Shown: piece after piece, positions 37,571-50,998 of the stretch
Layout of the letters: every line of letters starts with the position of its first letter
Position numbering within the stretch: the first letter of the stretch is position 1
DNA from: Carcharhinus amblyrhynchos
Taxonomy: Eukaryota
Direction: 5' to 3'
Length of the DNA stretch: 64,000 nucleotides
Assembly: GCA_965287045.1 (NCBI GenBank)
Contig: OZ336884.1
Location: 44,330,001 to 44,394,000 of the forward strand
Notes under the pieces: model-generated
The model's input: only the letters and a program-made list of their open reading frames with translations
The model's database searches: none
Told to the model about the DNA's origin: nothing
Program-made: the position numbers and the translations under genes

Positions 37571-37740
37571 TATGATATGGAGATGCTGGCGTTGGACTGG
37601 GATAAGCACAGTAAGAAGTCTCATAACACCAGGTTAAACCTGAAATTTTACCCTGGTGTTCTGAGGCTTCTTACTGCGCTTACCCAAGTCCAACGCCGGC
37701 ATCTCCACATTTAACCTGGATTTGTGAGACTTCTTATTGT
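37571..37740. repeat. Inserted fold-back made of Penelope terminal sequence, flanked by an 11-bp duplication
   Basis: Arms 37575-37638 and 37647-37710 are near-reverse complements, with a third partial copy at 37711-37740. gcatatcaagt occurs at 37560-37570 and 37741-37751. Confidence 0.85.
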
Positions 37741-38243
37741 GCATATCAAGTAGACACCATTGGCTGAGTTGCATGAGTATGTACCATGTACCTGGTGGAT
37801 GGTGTTCTCATGTGAAATGATGGCATCCATGTCAATGATCTGGCACATCTTGCAGAGGTTGCAGTTGTAGGGTTGTGTGGTGTTGTGGTCACTGTTCTCC
37901 TGAAGGCTGGGTAGATTGCTTCAAACAATGGTCTGTTTGAGGTTGAGCAGTTGTTTGAAGGCAAGTAATGGAGGTGTGGGGATGGCTTTGGCGAGATGTT
38001 TGTCTTCAACAATGACATGTTAAGGGCTCTGAAGAAGATGTTGTAGCTTGTCCGCTCTGGGGAAGTGCTGAACAATGAAGGGTAATATGTTCAACGTGTC
38101 CCATATTTGTCTTCTGACGAGGTCGATGTGGTTTTTTGCTGTGGTGTGTCGGAACAGTTGATTGATGAGTTGAGCACATATCATGTTCTTACAAGGGTGT
38201 CTTTCAGTGTCTGTAGATATCTGTTGCATTCCTCCTCGTCTGA

Positions 38244-39169
38244 TCAGTTCCTGTGTTTACGGAAGGCTTGTCTGTAGGGGATGGCTTCTTTAACATGTTT
38301 AGGGTGGAAGTTGGAGAAGTGGAGCATCATGAGGTTATCTGTGAGCTTGCGATACAGTGAAGTGTTGAGATGACTGTCCTTGATGAAGATGCGTGTGTCC
38401 AAGAATGCAACTGATTCTGGAAAGTAGTCCATGGTGAGTCTGATGGTGGGATAGAACTTGTTGATATTGTGATGTAGTTGTTTCAGTGATTGTTCGTCGA
38501 GAACCCAAAGGGAGAAAATGTCATTGATGTATCTAGTATATAGTGTCGGTTGAAGTTCCTGCGTGGGGAAGAGATCTTGTTCAAACCTGTGCATGAAGAT
38601 GTTGGCATATTGAGGTGTAAATTTGGTCCCCATGGCAGTTCCATGTGTCTGGATGAAGAACTGGTTGTAGAAGGTGAAGACATTGTGGCCCAGGATGAAG
38701 TGGATGAGTTGTAGAATTGCAAGTGGAGATTGGCAGTTGTCGGCATTGAGTACTGAGGCAATTGCAGCAATGCCATCGTCATGGAAGATGCAGGTGTAGA
38801 ATGCCAAGACATTCATTTTGATGAGGAGTGTTCCTGGTTCAACTGCTCCATGGGTGCTTAGTTTCTGTAAGAAGTCTGTAGTGTTGCAACAGAAGCTGGG
38901 GGTTCTTTGTACAATGGGTTTCAGGATGCCCTCAACATAGCTGGAGAGGTTCTCACACAGGGTTCTATTGCCTGATACGATGGGACGGCTGAGTGTGTTG
39001 GCCTTGTATATCTTCAGGAGGCAGGAGGGATCTCCAATGCGGGGAGTACGTGGGATGAAAGCACAGAGGGTGCTGTGAAGGTCCAGATCAAAGGTCTTGA
39101 TCAGTCTGCTGAGTTGGTGGGTATGTTCTTTGGTCAGATCTGTGGGTAACTGTCTATAGTGTTCCTCAT
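38244..39169 (-). pseudogene. Penelope reverse transcriptase domain, catalytically dead
   Basis: YIDD has become YIND (ATC AAT GAC) and motif A reads MNV instead of MDV. The first ~20 residues of the tracked ORF come from the flanking CR1. Confidence 0.85.
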
Positions 39170-39800
39170 TGGAACTTAATACAGGTAAGTGTGAGATGAT
39201 GTGCTTTGACAAAGGGATAGGGAGAGGCACTTCAGACTCAATGACATAGTTCTAAAGACAGAGGGACCACAGGGTTCATTCACATAGATCTTTGAAGATG
39301 GCATGACATATTGAGAATATCAATGCATATGGGATCTTGTGTTTCATTAATAAAAGAGTTGAGTACAAAAGCTGAAAATTGATGCTGAATAGTAAGGCAG
39401 AATTTTCCAGCCTACCTATGGCTTGTGTTCTGGTGATGGAGGCAGTTCATCATTAGCCACCAGCAGGATCTTGCAGTGTGGCCTAGATTTATGGCATTTT
39501 GTATTGCTCACCTGTCCTGCTGCTGGGGAACACATCACGGGGGTTGCCTTTGGTGGGACAGGAAAATCCCGCCAGTGTGAAAGGCCAGAAAATCCCTCCT
39601 TTATAAACTTCTGGTTAGGTCAAAAGAGAGCATTGCTCCCAATTGCAGTCATCACAGTTTAGAAAGGTGATGGAAGAGGAGATGATCAACGATTTCAAAA
39701 ATAAAACTAGATAGTCATTTTGGTGAATTAAATTTGCAGGGTCATCGGAATAGAGTGGGTGAATGGGACTGACAGGATTGCTCTACGGAGAGCCTTTTCC
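39170..39800 (+). mobile_element. CR1 fragment, right part, containing a MITE
   Basis: The CR1 resumes at 'tggaacttaatacaggtaagtgtgagatgatg' (EFNxxKCEVM pattern) and continues to a CR1 3' UTR. Confidence 0.65.
39396..39599. mobile_element. About 200-bp Harbinger-type MITE
   Basis: Ends ggcagaattttcc and agaaaatccctcc. Confidence 0.65.
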
Positions 39801-40646
39801 AGCAAAGCATATACATATGCACCTTGATGGGTCCAACTTCTCAAACCTATAAGGTGATAACAGTGAGATACACATCATATGTGAGCAACAACAGGTGTTG
39901 GAGATAGGGACAGCAATGGAGAGTTTCCACTGGATGGTGCAAAATGTTTTAACCTCTGTTTAGCTAGTACACAGGTGCTGAGCCTCAGAGGGGTTATAAT
40001 TTTAAATTGTTTTTGTGGAGCAGCAGATGTGTGCACCCGTCAGAATTTCAAGAACAGTACATACTGTTTCATAGCAAATGGAGGAGTTCATCTCCACGAC
40101 AAGTGCCATCGTATCTCAGACATTTGCGCTGATGACCAGCTTCACTGAAACAGTCACCAAACTGTCGTGGAGAATTGAATGCAGCAGGCTCCAGAATGTG
40201 TTCTGGTCCACACCTGTAGCTGACATCATGTGGCCACACGTTTAATGCAGCCAAGTGCTGCCCCACTCTTGGTTAGTAGGGGAGTACAAGTGGATCCTGG
40301 GAGCAAAGATGACGAAAGGGCTAACAGCAGAGGGAACTCTTATCAAGGTGACTCCTTCCTTTCTTACCTCCTTCTCGGAGGCTCAAACAACTGCTGAATG
40401 GAGGCTTCACAGGCAATAAGGTAAATTTGTTTTCTGTGTTCTCCAAGGCATTTGACATAAATTGCAGAAAGTTGCTGTCCCCCAAAAAACCAGTGACTTT
40501 GAGGCAGAAATAGTTGCTCCTGGCACTGCAAGTCTTTCACTGTGGCCGACAATAGACACCCTTTGTATGTTTCAGATTAGGTTGGTTTCATTCTATGATA
40601 AGCTTCTGCTGTGCACTCAACCTCTCCTGGGTGGATTGAAGACATG

Positions 40647-42206
40647 GGGCCAGATTTTCACAACTATGGTGTGGTTCTGTCTTCTCAAAAAGTGTGAAAA
40701 TATTTGAAAATCAGAAGTTCCATCCCTGGATCCGGCACTTCCCATTTCACGCGGGTGGGATATTTCATGCACATGCAGTTTATAGAGACAGCTGGCCATT
40801 GAAATCATCAGCTGCCTCCACTGAAGTGTATTTTGGTGAGTTGGGAGTGTGAAGCCCAATGTGTTCAGATTATACCAATTAAGGGGTCTGAACTTGGAGG
40901 ATTCTTTTGGACAGCAAAGGCACCCCTTTGGATCCCTCTGACATATTATCTTGAGGTGCCTTTTGGTGCAGACCCAAGTACCTTTTGGTGTAGGTCAGGT
41001 GCCCTTTGGAAGTGTCAAAAGTAGGCATAAATGTGAAAAACATGTACTTAAACTCATTACTGTCAAACTTATTGGAACTGACAACAAACCTGTAAAAATC
41101 AACTCTCAAGATGGCCTTTCAATGGGACCAATCAAGCTGTCAAAGCATTTACCTCCAGCCTTTTAAATCTTTGAAGAAAATCTCCAGAATGTTTAAAAAC
41201 TGATCAAGTCACTCTTGTCAGTTGACATAGGTTTGAAGGTTTCCATTACTGGATTACTGGTATATGATTGATTTCACAATCATTCATTATCATTGTAGGC
41301 TGCCTGTCATTTCATAGTGCAATTGACAGCTACAAGTAGTTACAGACTCTTTGATGTAGACTGAATTAAATGTTTATTTTATAGGGAGTGTACACTTGTT
41401 AGAAGGCTTTGAAGGAATGTAAATGTAATAAATGGGTTTTTCATGAGTCAGAGTGTTTTTTCCAATATGGTGAAGTCTGTAATAACTCTGAGAACTTTAA
41501 TATATGTCATATCTGCCTCAGACCTGAGGTCTGCACATATTGGATACTAGATGAGTTGGCATGGCAGTTGTAAGGGCAAAGAGTGATGGGTGGGGGCATG
41601 GGCTGGCATGAGTCGGCAGTAAGTTAGCACAAGTGTAACAAAGGATCATGGGTTTGGATAAAGGCTGCAGAGGCTGAAATGGATGGCATGAGGATCCATT
41701 GAGGTTGGGTACAGTGGCATAGATTAGATGGGGGAATATGAAGGGCCACATGGGATGAGTACTTGGACATAGGTTAACATAGGTGCTATAAAGGACTGTG
41801 GAGGTGAGTATTGGGCATGAGATGGTATGGGTGAGGCTTGGGGAGTGTGGGGGAGAGGGGGAGGAAAGATAAGGGATGTGTAATGTTTAAATTTTTTTCA
41901 CCATTATTTTAGGGGAATTCAGGAGTGCAGCCTACCTCTGTTCCAGGCAGCCTCCACATTTCATCTCATCTTGCTCACCACAATTCCTAATTTAGCCTGT
42001 CCCTTCCCAGACTGAAAATCCAATATCCCAGTAGCCATTTTTAAAAGTTGGGTTTGCAGAGCTTAGAATTTGCCATCACTGCGCATCTTGTCGAGAGTGG
42101 AAACCTGGGCCACAATGCGGAGCCTGATCCAACATCAATCTCCATGACTTTCCCACCCACACAGGCTCCAAGATCTGCTTCCATCCAACTGGAAAGATTC
42201 TGCCCA
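40647..42206. mobile_element. Larger non-autonomous Harbinger-type element (about 1.55 kb)
   Basis: Ends gggccagatttt and aaagattctgccc, with a G-rich low-complexity interior at 41550-41880. Confidence 0.4.
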
Positions 42207-45200
42207 TGAAGTTAACGGTATATGCCAAAGCCATTAAAGATGATGTTACATCGGAGGAATTTGATTTGCACTAGATTCCCTGACTTTTGTGTGGCTAATG
42301 ATGATTTTGGAAAACTGCACCGAAAAGAACAATGCAAACCAGCAGAAACTTTATGCCAATCGTGGCTCTGGGGTAGGTAGGCAGAACTGAAAGATGTATT
42401 TTCAGAAAGTGGTTTGTTGAATCTTGTGATGGACAAGAGATGAAAACTGCGGCATTTAAATATCTGCTCTAACCCATACAAAGATCAGGGAATTTATTAG
42501 GAGCAAATCAAATTTCTCCCATCTTTTGAGTGTGGAATGTTTCCCACATAATAGCTAAACTCTACACTTACGATGTTATCCTGCACATTTATTTCCATGC
42601 AAATGCTATTTATTGCTCTCTGCCATGTTGATCAATATGCTGATAAACGTGTCACAGGGAAATTGATTTTTGCCCGCATTGTAAATACATGTACCACTCA
42701 CTCTCAATTTAACCTTCTTGCTTAATTTCAGCAATTTAATATTTGAAATGTTGAAGCGATTTTCAACATTCCAAACTGGGAAGGTAAATGTATTGTTTAT
42801 TAACTGCCAATGACATTGCAAAGAACAAGTCTATCATGCAGAATTTACACATTGGAGGTAAATTTGATCCAGTGCCATAATCTAAAGTGGGAATTATCAG
42901 ATCAGCCATCAATTTGACATCGCTCCCAATTTTTATTTCCATTGAAAATCAGGAAAGGCGTGTAGCTGGTAATTGGATTCAGAATCTCCCATTTTGCACT
43001 AACAGCCAATTACCCCCATTATGTGCCTGGCAGCCCAGGTTGACAGCTATTAATTAGCATATAGTATAGGTTTTTTGGAGCTGGTACAAGAGTACAACTT
43101 CTTACAAGTGTCAGATTGGTGTAAAGATCATAGCCAGAGCCATTGAATCTTGTTTTGCTTCAGTCACGCCAGCCTGGGTTTTTGCGCTGGGGTGCAAAGT
43201 TGGGACAGATGCAATGGGCGTTTTTTTCCTATGCTGTAGAACTCTGTGACTCTATTTCTGGATCCGCAAATTCAACCAGGAAATAAATGTTGGGAATTTC
43301 ATTCTGGGGTATGGTTGCTCTGAGTGTTGGATCCACAAAGTTACAAGATCCGGAAAGGGAACTGACCAGTGAAGCTGAAGAGTTCCGCACAGGTTTTCTC
43401 AGCAGAACTGACACTCTGCCAAATTCTTGTAAGGTTCTGCCCCTTGTTTAACACATCTGAGTCATCAGCTCAGACATGAGTGGAGGCAGCTGTTTACACA
43501 CATAATTGAGCTGCGAAACACACATGCGCATCCCAGCCAAGACCCATTCTTGTCCCTGTGGAAATGGTTGATGCAGTATCCAGCTGGACTCCTGAATTTC
43601 AGCCTCTTCCGCCATTTCACAGTGACAGAGAGGCTCTCTGTGTTGCAAAAATCTCAGGCACTGTCTTCTATTACATTTCCAAGGTGGCAGTGTTTAAGAG
43701 GAGCAATGTGTTCATTCTTGTGCAATAGCTAATGTTAAAACGCTTAGTATTCCCCTCTGTAAATACACTTACAGAACACAGATTTGTGATTAAAAAATAT
43801 AGATTTCAAACATATAATGCACTTCTTTAGATTATATTAGCAAGAAATGTAGGCATTCTTGGTCAAGATGGCATCACTTTATCAAATAACATCCAAAAAA
43901 GATGAATGGAAGATCTCAACAGTGAACTGCAATTTGTCGTTGTGTTCATCACCAAGAAGAACAATTTATTTTATAGTAAGTTAATATAGCAATTCTGATT
44001 TCATTAGTAATCCTTTCTGCATGTGGAAAATAATAATAGGTGGGTATTTCATTTCTTTTATTGGAATATCAGTAAATGGCGCGAAACTTCTTTCAAATTT
44101 GCCCAAGCACGATTACATTTCAATTCAGGCTCCAACTTCCTTGGGCTAATGATCTAATGAAGCTAGGACACACTTTGGCAATAATTAGGTATTTATTTGC
44201 AGCAGTGGTTGGGCGTATTCTAACCTTCTGAAAAAGATTTGAAACAATTTCTTGGCTTTTGTTTTGGATTTGGATTTCGGCCATGGTCCGGACCATAAGA
44301 GTGAGTTTCATAAATTTGGCAAGACTTGGAATTTGTACAGTAGCTCATGGATCAGAAGAAAGGCAAGCAATTCTTTATAGCCAATGATTTGTGATCATTG
44401 TGGGCCACTGAGACAACAGTATCTTACCTGCCTGCAGGACTTGCTACACAAATTTTTGTAAAGCTCTGCAGCAAATCACGATATAGAAACCTGCAGGAGA
44501 TCATGCTAAACTAAAGTACTTCTTCTAACAACAGGTACTGATATTAGCTGATGGGCTGTGCCACACTTTCCTTTGGTAATTGCATTCATTTCATTTATCT
44601 CTTTTATTTGAGGGTTTGTACATCTTCATTGATAATTTTGGCTCTCTGCCAGTTTACTCATCTCTTAATGGTTTCATTCCACTATCCAGTTGCACAGATG
44701 CCAGTCACCATCTGTTACCTCACCCTCGACCACTCTTCACTTTAGCTGAGATAGTGCCACCAATATATTTGAGGGGGTGGGAAGGGTATCACTTCTAAGT
44801 GTGAATCATACCTAAAAGCCATAAACCAGTTTACCAGCAAGGAGGGTCACTGGATATTTACGAGGAGCAAGAATCATGATTTTTATTCTGGCAGCCAATG
44901 AAGACTGAGACCTATCATATTGTTCCACAGATGCTAGTCTAAGATCTTCCAACTTAGAACAGAAGAACGACTTGAATGGGGATCTATTTGGTCTGTAAGG
45001 CTTTGTGTATTAATTCACTGAGCTGCCACCAAGAGCTGCGGCAAATGTATATAACCTGCTGCAGTCAACAGGATCAATCCTTTGGTGCATTATACCCTGA
45101 AAGGTAACTTTCTGATTGAAGTCTCAATGGAGACTTTCATCCGTCAAGATCATAAATTAAGAAATAAGTCACACTTGCTCCCTGACTTCCCAAATCAAAT

Positions 45201-48200
45201 GGTCAGAAAAAGCAGCACACGTTGCATTGCTATTTCTGGGTGGAACTGTGATTGACTGTGTGAGAGGAACTTGGATTTTCCTGTCTCAGCATGTGCACTG
45301 TACCTAATTTCCTAAGATGTAACAGTATAATTTAGTCAGTTCTTTCAAAAGCAAGAGAGCAAATTCCAATTTTTATTCAGATAAATGAAATAATGTGCAA
45401 TATTGGAGGTTGAACTCTCAGAGGAACTATGTCAGAGCCTCTCCAATCTCAATTTTCCCATGGAGGTGCATTGCAAAATAAAGGGTGACGTAGACAGAAG
45501 CTTTTAATAAACTGAATGAAACATTGAATTGAAATAATGTTCATTTTTCTTTTAATTAATAGAGACAATTGCAGTTGAGTACACTGGTTAGTTATGTGGT
45601 CCAACTGACCTGGATTTCCAGTCTCCACATGGAACAAGTTTTGAATTTTAATCTTAGCATTTTGCACAAATGAACAAAGAAAGTGAGGAATTCTGCTTTT
45701 GCTACAGGGCAATTTAAATCATTTTATACAAAAAATGCTGCTAAACTGCACACAATGGCCGAATAGGATCCTGTTCAATTCTGTTCCTGGAGCTCTGCAG
45801 ATATAATTCCTGTCTATACCAACACTATAGTTTCAATGATTCATTGCTCTCGAGAAGCAGTGGCAGCCCCCTGGTGTTCTACATCTGGAGTGATTTTCTG
45901 AATCTGTCTGCATATCTGCAAAGTCATAGGTGGGTGGGATTCCTTTGTTTTTGAAGTCTTGATGGTGTGATGTTTATTTTACACTTTAATCATGTAACTG
46001 TGCAGCAAACACAGAACAGTGCTTTTACATTCTGCAAATGCTTTATGAATTATTTAGTCCCAATGACTGCTATGTTATTTAACCCTCTTGGCCTAAGAAA
46101 GGAAAAACAACTATTTTCTTTTCAACTCCATCTATTGATTTTCCAACACTGGTTGCCTGGTTCCCAGAATACACAGTAAGTACCACACATTATGACTGGC
46201 AACATGTAGAGAATCTTAATAGTCAATAAGAAACAGAGCAATTGATATACAGAGTTACAATATTGAAATCCAGTTCATGTTGATTTTCATGTCCTCAGAG
46301 ATGTTAAGGTGAAAACTAGCACTAGTTTTGCAAATGAACACTTCAACAGTGAATATAAACATATTTATATGCTGGAATGTGTCTGTAATGTTGCACATTT
46401 TAAATTTGAATGCCCCCCCCCTTATCATCAGCAGATTAATACTGGATTATTTCCAGATTTAAAAGTGAACTAAAAACATAGTTATAAATGCAATTCAAAT
46501 CATCCCTTTGTTTAGTTATGGACAAGGGTATTCTTCTAAACCAATTACATTGCACAGCGGTGGTCAAGATTAAGACCATAAGTATATACCCTAATACGTA
46601 CAATCAATAAATGTCTATAAATTAGACATTTTATGCACATTAAACCATTTAGCACTTACATTATTTATAGATGTCTGGGTTTATCTCTGCTTCACATTAT
46701 ATCATCCACATACAATGTAAATGGAGTAAAGGACTTAGGGACGATGGGGCATTAATTACCTTCACTTTGTTTATTCAAAGGTAAATCCATATCAAGTCTT
46801 GTGCTGGGAATTCACCAAAATGATGAGAACAGTGGAAAGTGATACACTCTCAATTCTTAATGAGTTCCTGACATAATTTAAAGAAATCGGCCAGTACCGA
46901 TAAATGGCCACCTATGGGGTAAGAATTGTTGAAGTACTTATGAAAGACTGAAATGTTTATGGAAGCAGTTATTGCAGCCATATTAATTCTTGCATAAGAC
47001 AATAAAGTTACAGACGAAAAGCAGTGGTGGTCAGATTAACATCGAGGCAGGAATTAAAATCTGAGGGCAAGTACGGGAAGAACATGGAATCCAGCCCTTC
47101 ATTTGAAGGCTGTCAAAGTAGATTCTGCTGCACGAGGCTAGTGCATTGATGCTCGGCCTATTCTGTATTGCATAGTGTCCAACAATGCAATATATAATAT
47201 TCACTGGACATGGGAATACATGTGTAAATAAAATATAAAACATAAGAAAAATATTGAGGTAAGATTACCTCAAAAGTATTACTAAGTAGAAATTCCAGGT
47301 AAGCATGTCACAAAATGCTGTATTGCAGAACATACCTTCAAGCTACAACTTACAGATGATTAAAACTTTTTCTACACTCATTTTCAAGCAATTTCATTAA
47401 TAGAATAGTTGCAATACAACCTATTTGCACAATATGTGGTTACTTTCTGGCATCAATGTCTACCATCAGAGCACACCCTCCCATCACAATCTGAGAGATG
47501 CAGAAACATAAAGTGACTACGCCATGTTGATGATTACATTTAATGGGGGAGGAGATGAAAGTGCTATCAATATTGACAGAGTTTAATCATCTGCATGTAT
47601 CATTTGCTAGCTTGGAGTTAAAATGATTGGTGTTTGAGATGGCCTTGGATGTCACTGGCAGTTCTATCCTAAGGGGTAGATAAAAAGTACGTGCCTTTGC
47701 AACAGGTTAATCAGGTAATCAGAAAAAAAAACAAAATACTGAGGATGCTGGAATCTGAAACATGTTGCACAGATCTGCGACTGGCTCCATACTGAGTTGA
47801 CTCATGGCTTACTGAACACTTGGAAAAATAATATTTTGAGAAAATTGCACATACCCACTGAACTCTCAGGAAAATCCTTTTTATACTAATCCTGTCATGA
47901 AATGCATAAGGCAAACCTGCAATCTGGTGCTTCCAATTGAGTGCTGCTTCCTAATTAAAGCACCAGATTAGAGAATAATTCTTCATTGCATTTGTTGTGT
48001 TTCAAAATGAACTGTATTTTTTCTTCTAACATAATTTGAAAACTACCTTGGGGCTCCCAATTTAGATATCTTGTCACTGCTTGAGCTCCAATGGTATTTT
48101 AAGTTGGAATGTAAGAGTTGCTTCACTTGTGTGCCTTTTTTAGTCTCTTCCTGCTCTCCTAAAATATTAGACATTCTGCAATTATAAACAGCTTCTCGTT

Positions 48201-48769
48201 GATGTAACAGATAATTATTTGGCTACTTTAGTATCATTGAAATTTGAGATACTATTGGGAGAATGAAAACATTTTTTCCCATAAAGAAATATGCAAGGTG
48301 ATTTTCCTCCTACGTATAAAGCCAATGCTGATAATAAAAATCAGTACTAAAAACTTATTCAAATCTAAAATTAAAAAAACATACTGTAAACCTCTGGGTC
48401 TATCCCTCATACAACTACTCTTAAAACCATTCCAATGAGCAAAAGGAGCTCCCAACTCAATCTTGTCCCAAGCAGATGAAAAGTGGTTCATTCCATGCAT
48501 AGTTTAAATGAAGCTATAATTTTTTTTTATGAGTTCACTTCAGACCAACCAAAAAGGCGAGGTGGGAATTTGCACTCAGAATGAAATTGACACGGATCCA
48601 ATTATTTTTCTTATCTAAGACAGCTTTTCAAGTCTCCCAGTGCTGTTTCTCTCCTGAACTAATGACTTTCACAACTGAAAAATATATCCTATGGAATAAT
48701 TATGTTCTAATCTGAGCTCAGCAGGTGAATTTACACAGCCAAGCATGAACACGACTGTACCCTTACTGA

Positions 48770-49420
48770 GGATAGTTACATCCAGAACTAAATGGATAGT
48801 TTCTAATTTTAAGATTATGCCCCTTTTTTCTAGATTCTTGAACCAGTGGAAATATTTCCTCTGTTTTTAAGTTTTAAAAATCCCTAATTTTCACCCCACA
48901 ACAATAGAATCTCAGGAGAATACAGACTACATTCATACGATTTCTCCCCATAATTTAATACTTGAAGTCTTGGTATAATCCTGGTGAATTTGCACTGAAA
49001 CCACTCCAAGGTTAATCTATCTTTCTTGAAGTTCCACGTCTAAAACTGAATAAAGTGCTTGAGGTGGGATTCTAGCAGGTTGCTGGACAACTGATGCATC
49101 ATTTCCTGTTTTTAACAGTCTTGAGATAAAGACCAACTCTTTTTGAGATCTTTTCATTCTTTTTTGAACCTGTGCACATGGACATCTAAATCTCTTTGAT
49201 CTTCGACACTGCCTATTCAGAAAATAGTTAGATATAACTTTCTCAGATTCAAAATAAACAACCTCATACTTCTCCACATTGGCCTGTATTTGTCAAAATT
49301 TTATAAACTCATTTAACCTTTGTCATTTCTTGCTCATGTCCATAATCTACTATGCCTCTGAATTTAATAACATCTGGAAACTACAATGTAACATTCTATC
49401 TTCTTCTATCAAGTCATATG
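48770..49420 (-). mobile_element. Old CR1 RT fragment
   Basis: EKYEVVYF (KCEVxHF pattern) plus degraded CR1 motifs. Confidence 0.5.
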
Positions 49421-50219
49421 GTGAAATCCCATAAAACAATGTGTTCCCGTGTTACCTGTGTCAGAGTGGCCCCTTTTCTCCCAGGGCCATGTGATCGGGC
49501 CGGACTGTAGGGAGTATCGAGACAGGAAGCTGAGCTAACTGGGAGCAGGGTGCATATCCTGGATCAGCCCAAATTTATCTCCCATTTTACAGGAGGGCTG
49601 AATACATTGAGCAACTCATCTGCCCCTCAGACCAAGTGAAGCCACTTAATTCCCTCATGCCACACCTGCTGCAATGTTACCCACAACAGGTGGATAGTGA
49701 AGCAGCTTTTACTGGAAAAGCTGATGTTGGCAAGGGATGGCAGCGATGTGGGGGGGGTGGGTGGGAATAACTTGTGCCAATTGGAGACACAACCCCTGCC
49801 TTCAAAAGATCATACCCTCCTTTAACACTCCCTGGCAGCATCTCGAATCCAGGCCTCACTCCCATTACTGGGGCCTGTCAATCAGGTCTCACCGAATCTT
49901 TGCACCGACCTGAGGTCTGGCCTTCATTAGTTACCCTTTGTCAGGGACTACACTAGTAACTGCTTGAATCTTACTATACTGGGATTATAGAAATGCCAGC
50001 CAATTGGATTGGCTAGTAGCCTAAGGCAGATGTCTTTCCCAGGTGGAAGTCTCACATTTTGCTAATTAACACTTTGCTGAGTGTTAAATGGCTGCAAGGC
50101 AGTCAGTACCAGTAGGGATGTGTTCCCCAATGATGCAGCCAAAAGTTCTGGTCATTCTGCTATTGAAGGGGAGTTGTCAAATTATCCAAAGTCTCCTAAA
50201 ATCCAGATGGTGTTTTGGT

Positions 50220-50998
50220 ATCATGTCATAAATAACTTTGAAGGAATCTACTCCTTTGCTTCTAGGACAAACGGCAGTAGTAATTAGGAGTTGGCTGATC
50301 ATCATTTCTACTTGAATACAGAGCTAGTGTGTTTCCAGTTGTCATGGACAGGAGGGTATAGGAAGGATTAAAGGCTTCCCTATAAATCCAGAAGTATCAC
50401 AAACAGAAGGGCATTTGCAGTCATGACCTTGAGAGATCTGTGAAGAACTTAGAGAAGAGAACAACAGATGGATGTTGTCCATGCCTGCACCTCAAATGGA
50501 GACAATACTGAATCTATTGTTCTCCAAGCAGAATGTGGTGGAAGCTCATGCTTAGTTTGAGAAGTAAGTTTGCAAAGAGTTACAACAAACTTAGAAAGTT
50601 TGCAAAGCTGAAGCTATAGGGAGAATCCCCAAAGCAAATCACTCACAGCAGAAGGTAGTATTGGAAAGGAAAAGAACAGAATTAAAACCTTTAGGAATTA
50701 TGAAACACTTCTAGTTGGCTCCAGAAGAAATGAATGTCTACTGGAGACTGAGTAACATAATAATATTGGGACTTTTGGTTAACAGTAAATGTAGAAAGGG
50801 GAAAACTTTGTCCAATTGTTCAAAGTTATACTACCGACAAAAAACTAACAGTGTTTACTTAATAGTGTCATTTGTTTAGTCATTGATAGAATAAAGGTTA
50901 CTTTCAAACATGAAATTATAATGCATCATCCTTTTAGCTAGTAACTAGAAGTTTGAATTTCTCTTTGAATGTTATTGGTGTCTATTGAAATTGTAATA
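50220..50998 (+). mobile_element. Probable solo LTR
   Basis: TATA-like ctataaat at about 50380, aataaa at about 50890, and an LTR-like end 'gttattggtgtctattgaaattgtaata'. There is no partner in the window. Confidence 0.35.

Larger units (their letters stand above)
36956..39169 (-). mobile_element. Penelope-like element, 5' truncated: RT, GIY-YIG endonuclease and pLTR
   Basis: The 328-aa ORF contains RPIVSG, QTHGTAMGT, YANIFM, RYINDIF and FLD..YRK. Downstream are CxxC..VYLIC..WYIGET..EHF..GLN. A pLTR with a hammerhead core lies at about 36956-37085. Confidence 0.9.

Noticed and set aside
38244-39230. Longest ORF (328 aa) as a functional gene
   Set aside because: It is a 5'-truncated Penelope RT with catalytic Asp residues mutated, and its start lies in flanking antisense CR1.
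40060-40560. Possible exon near donor-like sites (cttacct at about 40363, aaggtaaat at about 40418)
   Set aside because: The frames are short or stop-interrupted and give no recognisable peptide.
47720-47765. Short 'aaaatactgaggatgctggaatctgaaa' motif, also antisense at about 9708-9742
   Set aside because: Probably a tiny terminal fragment of another Penelope-like family, but too short to support a call.
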